Shown: in pieces, positions 56,201-64,000 of the stretch
How positions within the stretch are numbered: the stretch's first letter is position 1
How the letters are laid out: every line of letters starts with the position of its first letter
Assembly (NCBI GenBank): GCA_946965045.2
Contig: OX337232.1
Location: forward strand, 3,596,001 to 3,660,000
From: Epithemia pelagica
Lineage: Eukaryota; Protista; Bacillariophyta
DNA: 64,000 bases
Direction of reading: 5' to 3'
The notes under the pieces: generated by a model
What the model saw: the letters and a program-made list of their open reading frames with translations, nothing else
Told to the model about the DNA's origin: nothing
The model's database searches: none
Translations under genes and position numbers: made by a program

Positions 56201-56896
56201 TGTGGATGCTTGCGTTCCTTCTTCTTCTTCTTCTCTTATTTGAGATGGTGGCCGAACCGCTCGTGTTTCGGTTGGTTTCGTGGGGCTGTTGTTGTCGTTA
56301 CCACTAGTAGCACTAGACGGGGTGGAGTGATTGGAAAGGGTCGACATGTCGTCGTCGTCGTCGTTGTGGTTGTACCAATCGTTCTTGTTGTTGCTCTTCT
56401 TCTTTGGGGGAAGAAAAGAAAAGGGATTGCGTTCCAAATACGAAGAATCGTTCGACGGTACAATGGTAGTGGAACCAGTACACCACGTGTCCCAACAAAC
56501 TTGTTTCCACACGCGTTGTGCGAGATTGGTGTGGACGTGTCGTCGTTCTCCTCCTCCTCTCGCACTTGTGGTGGTTGAAGCTGCGGCTGCGGCTGTGAAA
56601 TACGAGGGTGTGGCAACCAAAAAGGAACAACAAAAGAGAGTGCAGGAAAGGCCGCCGTCTTTTGTGGTCTTTCGTGGAGTAGTAGGAGTGATGGTACTGG
56701 TTGTCTTGTGATGGTTCGTGTTGTGGTTGTTTTGGCTGGTGGTGGTGGGAACCACCACAAACAAACAGGGTTTGGTCGAGGAGCACGGATTGCTGCTGTT
56801 GCCGTTGTAGTAAGGATGCAGTGGATCTCCTTCTTCTTCTTCTAGTTCGTCGTCGTCGTCGTAATAGGAATAGGGATTGGACCAGAGCGGCTGCAT
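53207..56896 (-). CDS. GRAM-GRAM-VASt (LAM/Aster/VAD1-like) lipid-transfer protein with a C-terminal TM; exons 56896-55891, 55319-53781, 53670-53207
   Basis: Two GRAM-like segments (YTCVYQGVNGTLYAG...LPW|EMIRQV; LACTYDGVRGSFYAG...LPF..LKQV) and a VASt segment (DDVPMADCFHVDDR, FIKSTMFKSIIEK). GT-AG introns 55890-55320 and 53780-53671 keep the frame. Confidence 0.85.
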
Positions 56897-57563
56897 TCAA
56901 ACAAATAACACACGCTCGTTCCAAACAATCGCTCTCTCCTCGTTCCTGTCGTCTGTCTCTCCCTCTCTGTTTCAACGCTCGGCAAGACCTTTACTACAGC
57001 ATGTGGAGTGTCCCTCTCTCTCTCTACTGCACACACACACACACAAAGAGAACACAAGAAGAGGTGCTCCATCCAGATTCCAGATCTCCTTTCTCTATGA
57101 TGTGATGTCTTGTGTTCTTTCACGCGAGATGTGTTTGCCGTGTCTTGTTCGAACTCTGTGCGGACACGCACGCGCGTGACGACGGTTGACAACCTGTCGT
57201 CAACGCATCCGGCACGCGGACGCGGTGCCAACTATTGTAGCGACTCTAAGGCGACTTTATAACGCGACCCACACACCCCAAGAGATTCTTTCCCAACGCC
57301 CAATTTGGCAAGATTGAACATTCGGAACCACCAGCAAAGATTTAGAGTCCGTCCCATCGACCATGACAACCACCAGCCGGAACCTTGTATTATTACTACA
57401 TGGCAGCAACAAGGCCCTCCAAGTCTAGACGAATACGAAGCAGCGTCTTTTCTTTTTCGAGTGGGGAGAACCACAGAGTGTCGAGGAAACAAGACACGAA
57501 CCCCGCTCCTGTCCTTCACTCCATATCCATATACCCAGTACACTCACAAGTGCACACAACAAG

Positions 57564-59937
57564 ATGAGCAGATTGGTTGTGTGGTCCAGCATTATCCTCC
57601 TCATGACAACCACCACAGCGGTGGTGGTGGCGGTAGCGGCTGCTGCTCCGTCCTCGTCCACGTTTCAAATTCAGGTAGGTCCATTCTTCCGCCCTGGCTT
57701 GGTGGTGGTGATTTTGTGGTGTCTGTCCAAATCTCACATCTCATTCTTTCCATCCATTGGTTCTTCTTGTCGCTGTTGCATCTCTCTCTTTCTCTTTCTC
57801 TTTCTCTCTCTCTTCCTTCCTAGGTTCCTCCCGAATTGAAACGGACACCCCATGGCTACAATCATTTGCCCGCCCTGTTTGGACGACCCGTCCGCTATGT
57901 GTCCTTGAACGTGCCCTTGTTTTATTTGCAAGGCGATCCGTTGTGTACACCCGTGACCGCTGAGACAGTCCGTGCCATGACACAGCAAAACCATGAACCA
58001 CAACCACATCATCATCAAGGCACCGCCACCCCCGTTGTACAACTCTTTCCCCGCGATATTGCCCTCTCGAGTCCGTTTATGCTCATGATCGATCGAGGCG
58101 ACTGTAGCTTCGTGACCAAGGTCCGCCAGGCCCAACAGTTGGGAGCGGCCGCCGTGGTGATTGCCGACCACACGTGTCGGTGCAGTGCGTCGTCGTCGTG
58201 TGTATCCAATTCCTTTTGCGAAAGCGTCGGACCGGTACGTAGACGTGGACGGTTCGTGGAACTCTTGTTTCCGAAGTAGTAGAACTCTTGTTTGGGAGCT
58301 TTTTCCAACACTGGGGCCTGAGGATGGTCACTCCTTTCTACTTCTCCTCCAACAATATGTCTGGAATGCTCCCATCACTTCTCATTTCGTTCCCTTGTTC
58401 TTGTTCCGCCCTTCTACTTCCTTCGTTTTTCGCATCATACTACTTGTACTAGGTCCTAATGGACGATGGATCGGGAGGCGACATTTCCATTCCCTCGGTG
58501 CTCTTGTACAAGGAAGGTGCCGATGCCATCAAGGCCGTCCTGCAACGCAACAAGAATCAATGGGTCCAAGTGGAATGGAGTCATTCCCGCCAAACCGAAA
58601 ACAACAAGGACGACGCCATACTAATTGACTATGAATACTGGTCCTTGCCCGGCCATGTCAATTCACGAGACTTTTGGACAAGCTTTGGTCCCCTGGCTCG
58701 GGCCCTGGAACCCTGGACCCGATTTCAGGCCCGATTTGCCATTTGGGATGGCATGGCGGCCGGCTGTTACCAACCAGCCACGTCCACCAATGGAGGAGGA
58801 GGAGAAGGGAGTGAAGAAGAAGGAGGTCGTTGTCCCAATCTTTGTACCAATCGAGGACGGTACTGTGCCAATTCATACCGGCCACCCGCAGCAGTCCCAC
58901 CCAACGACGACGACGACGACGACACAACGACCCATTCCACCAATATCAGCACTCCTCCTTCTGAAATTACCGGGACGGCCATTGTGACGGAAGCCCTGCG
59001 CCGATTGTGTATTCAGCGACAATTTGCTCAACAAGAGGCGGAAACCCCCGAGGAGGCTCAAGGCGTAGATGGCCAGCAAGCCTGGTGGACCTACGTCCAA
59101 ACCTTTGAACACGAGTGTACCAGTTCCATGGAACGCTTTACCTCACCGACCTGTATCCAACACGCCATGCAAACGGCTCGGATCGATTCCTCGTGGATTG
59201 AGGATTGCATGAGAGACGTCGGTGGTGTCGATAAGGATACCATGAATACTCTGTTGGATGAGGAGATCCGACAACAACGCATCAAGGGAGTCTTTCAGCA
59301 TCCCATGGCAGCCATTCAAGACCTCAAGGTCGATACAACGACAGGTTCTTCTTCTGTTTCGGCCGTCAGTCTGTGGAAGGCCCTTTGTGCCGAAGTTTCC
59401 ACCACACTGGAACCACCCCCGCTGTGCGCTCACTGTGGCCAATGGGACTACTCGATTTCCAGCATTTTGGACTGCATCGAGCGCAATGGGACGGCTCCTA
59501 CGACGCCAACCTGTACGTGCCCCGAGCTTCCTTTGGCCGCCAATGTTTCATTGGTGAATAATAATACGACCTCCTCTGTCTTGTGCAATGAGACCGATGC
59601 TTCGACGACAGCTGCTCCCGCTGGTAGCAAACACGACGTTGTGACGCCTCCTGAAACGTGGCCCAGTAGTTCCACGACGAAACACGAGACCATCGATCAC
59701 GTCATGGTCCCCGTCGGACCAACGACAACCGATCGCCATACCTTGTGGTTCCTCATGTTGCTTCTACTGTGTCTGATGGTCGGATTGGTTCTGGGAGCAG
59801 TGGTGGTTCGGTATTGTGGTTTCGCCAATCCCGACGAGATGCGACTAGGACGACAGGCCGTTCCCACCAATGACGATGACGACGACGGTGATGAATCCAT
59901 CAAAGCCAAGGGTAAGGCCTTGTTTGGTATCGCGTAA
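57564..59937 (+). CDS. Vacuolar sorting receptor-like (PA domain, VSR luminal domain, TM); exons 57564-57674, 57824-58234, 58453-59937
   Basis: Signal peptide, LFG.P, LMIDRGDCSFVTKVRQAQQLGAAAVVIAD, LMDDGSGGDISIPS, CTNRGRYC, TEALRRLCI, C-terminal TM. Canonical introns join the exons in frame. Confidence 0.88.
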
Positions 59938-60386
59938 GAGTCATATGTAGGCCTATGTGGATCCTATAGAATTGCATTGTATTTTATGGTAGTTTTGGTT
60001 CCTCATTGATTCGACGCAAAACACGAGAGTAATCACACCATCTTATTAGACTATAGGCGCGCACACCTATAGGTCCAACACGGAGCAATGTCGAAACGAT
60101 TAAAGAGGCATGCGACGAAGCAACCACTCAACATTCTGGCGCAATGGTTGGTTTACGAAGGCGAAAGCGCCATCGTCGACCCCTCCAATACCTACCTGGT
60201 AGGTAGGTAGAGCTATGAACTGTCTCTACTAGACAGAGTAGACTACCGGTAGCTAGCTAGACACCTACGTAGACCGAACGCAAGACTGACACCATAATAG
60301 CTCAAAAGCTTCCACGCGTTGTCTCCTCGTGCGTGTTGGTTTGTCCCAAAATTCTCTCGAGTTCACAAAGCGAGCAAAAACGCACC

Positions 60387-61613
60387 ATGACACTGCAAGA
60401 ACAAGCACGAGAGTCGGGCCTTGTCCTTTTGAACGAAGCAGAGGAATGGAATGAAACGGACTGGCCTCCTCTCAAAGGTGGATGGCGTTCGCGGCACGCT
60501 TCGGTCGTACTCCATCCGCCCGATAATAAGGACAACGACGACAATAAGGACAATAAGAACAAGGGACAAACGGTCGTGGTGATGGGTGTTTCTCAAAGCA
60601 AAGGCTCCACGAATTCCGTTCTTTTACTGAATTTGGCAGAACAAGACAAGCAGTGGCGACAAGGACCACCCATGAACAAGAAACGTATGGAACATGCCGC
60701 TGTTGTGTGCAACGGAGGCATTTACGTCATTGGAGGAGGAGACGGTTACAGTTCATGTTTTGATTGTATGGAACGAATTGATTTCAATGATTTGCTGCAA
60801 TCATTCTCTCCAACAAGAATCAGCTCAAAGAAGAGCCACTGGACAACATTGAATTTACGGTTATCGACAGGAAGAATAGCATGTTGTGCTGTTGCGGTTC
60901 AAAACCGATACATTGTTGTAACGGGAGGATGGAACAGGGAGAGATTGTCGTCGGTTGAGATTATTGACACCAACAAACAAATTGTTACTGCAGGACCATG
61001 TATGAATGTTCCTCGCCAATGTTGTGCCAGTGCGGTCATTGGTCACCGCATCTTTGTCGTTGGAGGCCGTAACGATCACGGCAATGGTGACTCGATGGAG
61101 TATTTGGAGTTTGCAAAGTCGTGTGACAATGAGGAGACAAAGGAGAAGACTGATTCGTCAGCCATTTCATTCTCGTCCACCTGGACCACTCATGCTGAGT
61201 TGATGCTTTCCGTCCCGCGAGGCTTTTACGCCGCGGTTGCCCTGGGATCCTGTCTGGTTGTGACGGGAGGACGCAGTCCAACCGTGGAAGTATTGGATAC
61301 GCACAGCAAGCGTGTGTGGAATCTCCCACCACTTGGAAATCTCCTTGGACGCTGCAGTATGTTGACTCTTGCGAATCAAATTGCACTGGTTGGTGGACGT
61401 CAGAATCCTGCCTGTGCGACATTACCACTCATGGATCGGAATTCGTGGTGTTTTCAGCGACTCTGTGAACAGCAGCCCAACGGATGGTATCATTCTCTGG
61501 AAGGAATGTGGATCCGAAATGCTGATATTTCGCGCTTCTCCACCTCGACATCAGCTCGTAAGCGAGCAAGACCCGAGACGCACCGTGGTGATGAAGGAAA
61601 GGATGAAACTTGA
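60387..61613 (+). CDS. Kelch-repeat beta-propeller protein
   Basis: Repeated R..H/C.AV.....IYV.GG.....S.E units with W..L/GP.M spacing. Confidence 0.9.
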   Translation: MTLQEQARESGLVLLNEAEEWNETDWPPLKGGWRSRHASVVLHPPDNKDNDDNKDNKNKGQTVVVMGVSQSKGSTNSVLLLNLAEQDKQWRQGPPMNKKRMEHAAVVCNGGIYVIGGGDGYSSCFDCMERIDFNDLLQSFSPTRISSKKSHWTTLNLRLSTGRIACCAVAVQNRYIVVTGGWNRERLSSVEIIDTNKQIVTAGPCMNVPRQCCASAVIGHRIFVVGGRNDHGNGDSMEYLEFAKSCDNEETKEKTDSSAISFSSTWTTHAELMLSVPRGFYAAVALGSCLVVTGGRSPTVEVLDTHSKRVWNLPPLGNLLGRCSMLTLANQIALVGGRQNPACATLPLMDRNSWCFQRLCEQQPNGWYHSLEGMWIRNADISRFSTSTSARKRARPETHRGDEGKDET

Positions 61614-61827
61614 AATTTGCAACACATATCATTTTGTTCTCAAATAGTTGTTGTCTTGTATGGTATGGTATGGTATTGCTACAGATTGAGATATCATGGA
61701 AATCCTTGTACTGCCGTCGTCCGCAAACAGGCGTGGAGCAAGGCTCTTGGGTGCCTGTCCATGGTGCCATGCCTCTCTGCTGTTGAATGGGTCAAGTTAT
61801 CGTTTTGTGGAAGATGCTTGTTGTGCC

Positions 61828-62025
61828 CCTGAAACGACAAATCACCAAACTTTGTGGTTCATGATGTTGCTTCTACATTATCTGATTGTCGGCTTGGTTA
61901 TGGGAGTTGTGTTTCCGCCTATCCCGAAATGCGGTTTGGACGACAGGTTGATCCTATCGACGACAATGACGATGAGGACGGTGACCACGAGGTCCAAGCC
62001 ACTGGTAAATCCTTGTTTGGTATAG
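61828..62025 (+). pseudogene. Duplicated, degenerate 3' end (TM plus tail) of the VSR gene
   Basis: HQTLWFMMLLL..L.VGLV mirrors RHTLWFLMLLLLCLMVGLV. The downstream intergenic DNA also mirrors 59940-60180. Confidence 0.85.
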
Positions 62026-62560
62026 CGTAAAAGCCATAAGCAGGCCTTTGTGGATCATAGAATTGCATTGTTGTATGGCAGTTTTGGTTTCTCGTTGAGT
62101 CGACGAACCACGAGCACGCACACCATCTTTAGACGCATAGATCCAACAGGGAGCAATGTCGAAACGCGGTTGAAGATGCAGGGGACGAAGCAAACATTCT
62201 AGATTCTAGTGCAATTGATGATTTTACCAAGGCGAACGCCAAAAACTGGGAGCGTGACGAAATGTCTACGGTCGGTACGAGCGTCACACATAAACTTGAA
62301 TCGACATTCTGGTGCAATTCTGTTGGTTTTTACCTCGGTGAAAGCGCCATCGTCGAGCTCAAAGACCTAGATGTAGCTTCCCGAGCCATCTATTCTATCG
62401 ACAACATGACGACGTCGCTAGACTACGTAGATAAACGCCTCTACTAGGGACCGAGCGCACGACAGACGCTTTTGCTCAAGAGCTTCCACGCGGTGTCCTC
62501 GTGCTCTCTCGAGAGCTCGAAGCCAAATAAACGCGCTGTAATATATTATAATAGGTGACC

Positions 62561-64000
62561 ATGACACTGCAAGAAGAAGCACGACAGTCGGGCCTTGTCC
62601 TTTTGAACGAAACAGAGGAATGGAATGAAACGGACTGGCCTCCTCTCAAAGGTGGATGGCGTGCGCGTCAGGCTTCGGTCGTAATTGATCATACAATACC
62701 GATAAGGACAACAACAACCAGGGACAGACGGTTGTCGTGTTGGGAGGACGTCAACAAGGGCAAGGCACTGTCAGTTCCATTGTTGCATTGAATCTAGCAG
62801 ACCCAAACAAACAGTGGCGAGAGGGGACGCCCATGAACAGGAGACGTAGTGGACATGCCGCTGTTGTGTGCAACGGAGGTACCTACGTCATGGGAGGAGG
62901 AGACAGTTTTCGTTCAAGTTTTGATTGTATGGAACGAATTGATTCAGATGACTTGCTGCAATCGTTTTCTACAACAAGAAGCAGCTCAAAGAAGATTCAC
63001 TGGAAAACATTGAATTTTCGGTTATCAACAGGAAGAGCATCATGTTGTGCTGTTGCGGTTCAAAACCGATAGATTGTTGTGATGGGTGGATGGAACAGGG
63101 AGAGATCGTCGTTGGTTGATGTCATTGATACCACGAACCACACTCTCACTGTGGGACCATGTATGAAAGTTCCTCGATCATCCTGTGCCAGTGCGGTCAT
63201 TGGTCACCGCATCTTTGTCGTTGGAGGCCGTAACGATCACGGCAATGTTGATTGGACGAGATTGGCATGTCGCTTATCAACGAGACGATCAGGATGTTGT
63301 GCTGTTGCGGTTCACAACCGATTCATTGTTGTAATGGGTGGATGGGATGGAAGGCAAAGGTTGTCGTCGGTGGATATTATTGATACCAGGAACCACACCG
63401 TCACTGTGGGACCAAGCATGACTGTTCCACGACGATTTTGTACCAGCGCGGTCATTGGTCACCGCATCTTTGTCGTGGGAGGCCAAAGAGGGCACGGCAA
63501 TCTTGACTCGATGGAGTATTTGGAGTTTGCAAAGTCGTGTGACAATGAGGAGACAAAGGAGAAGACTGATTCGTCAGCCATTTCATTCTCGTCCACCTGG
63601 ACCACTCATGCTGAGTTGATGCTTTCCGTCCCGCGAGGCTTTTACGCCGCGGTTGCCCTGGGATCCTGTCTGGTTGTGACGGGAGGACGCAGTCCAACCG
63701 TGGAAGTATTGGATACGCACAGCAAGCGTGTGTGGAATATCCCACCATTTGGAAATCTCCTTGGAGGCTGCAGTATGTTGACTCTTGCGAATCAAATTGC
63801 ACTGGTTGGTGGACGTCAGAATCCTGCCTGTGCGACATTACCACTCATGGATCGGAATTCGTGGTGTTTTCGTCGACTATGTGAACAGCAGCCCAACGGA
63901 TGGTATCATTCTCTGGAAGGAATGTGGATCCGAAATGCTGATATTTCGCGCTTCTCCACCTCGACATCAGCTCGTAAGCGAGCAATACCCGAGACGCGCC
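62561..64000 (+). pseudogene. Tandem Kelch paralog with frameshifts, a TAG at 63070-72 and extra repeats; runs off the window
   Basis: MTLQEEARQSGLVLLNETEEWNETDWPPLKGGW start, then broken frames. 63500-64000 is nearly identical to 61090-61590. Confidence 0.85.

Overview
Eukaryotic DNA, most likely a raphid pennate diatom (inference from short GT-AG introns, DUF6824 paralogs, and FkbM and Kelch genes). Host genes: two tandem nucleobase-ascorbate transporter (NAT/SLC23) paralogs, a ~1930-aa Thr/Pro/Gln-rich protein, an intronless enzyme-rich block (2x DUF1772, a MEST-like alpha/beta hydrolase with a frameshift, an FkbM methyltransferase, a 2OG-Fe(II) oxygenase), two DUF6824 genes, a GRAM-GRAM-VASt lipid-transfer protein, a vacuolar sorting receptor and a Kelch gene with a decayed tandem copy. 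Two small TIR elements have clear TSDs. The centre (29.1-49 kb) holds two divergent Ngaro-like tyrosine-recombinase (YR) retrotransposons. Comparing them shows a shared, unusual architecture: (i) a degenerate cytosine-5 DNA-methyltransferase-like domain in front of RT; (ii) gag and pol in frame, separated by a single TGA; (iii) a phase-matched splice donor/acceptor pair that would join the gag ATG to the YR ORF across ~6 kb; (iv) a PHD-like C4(H/C)C3 finger at the YR N-terminus. Element 1 looks nearly intact and ends in A1...B1-A2-B2-A3-B3 split direct repeats. All domain calls come from motifs read by eye; no searches were run.
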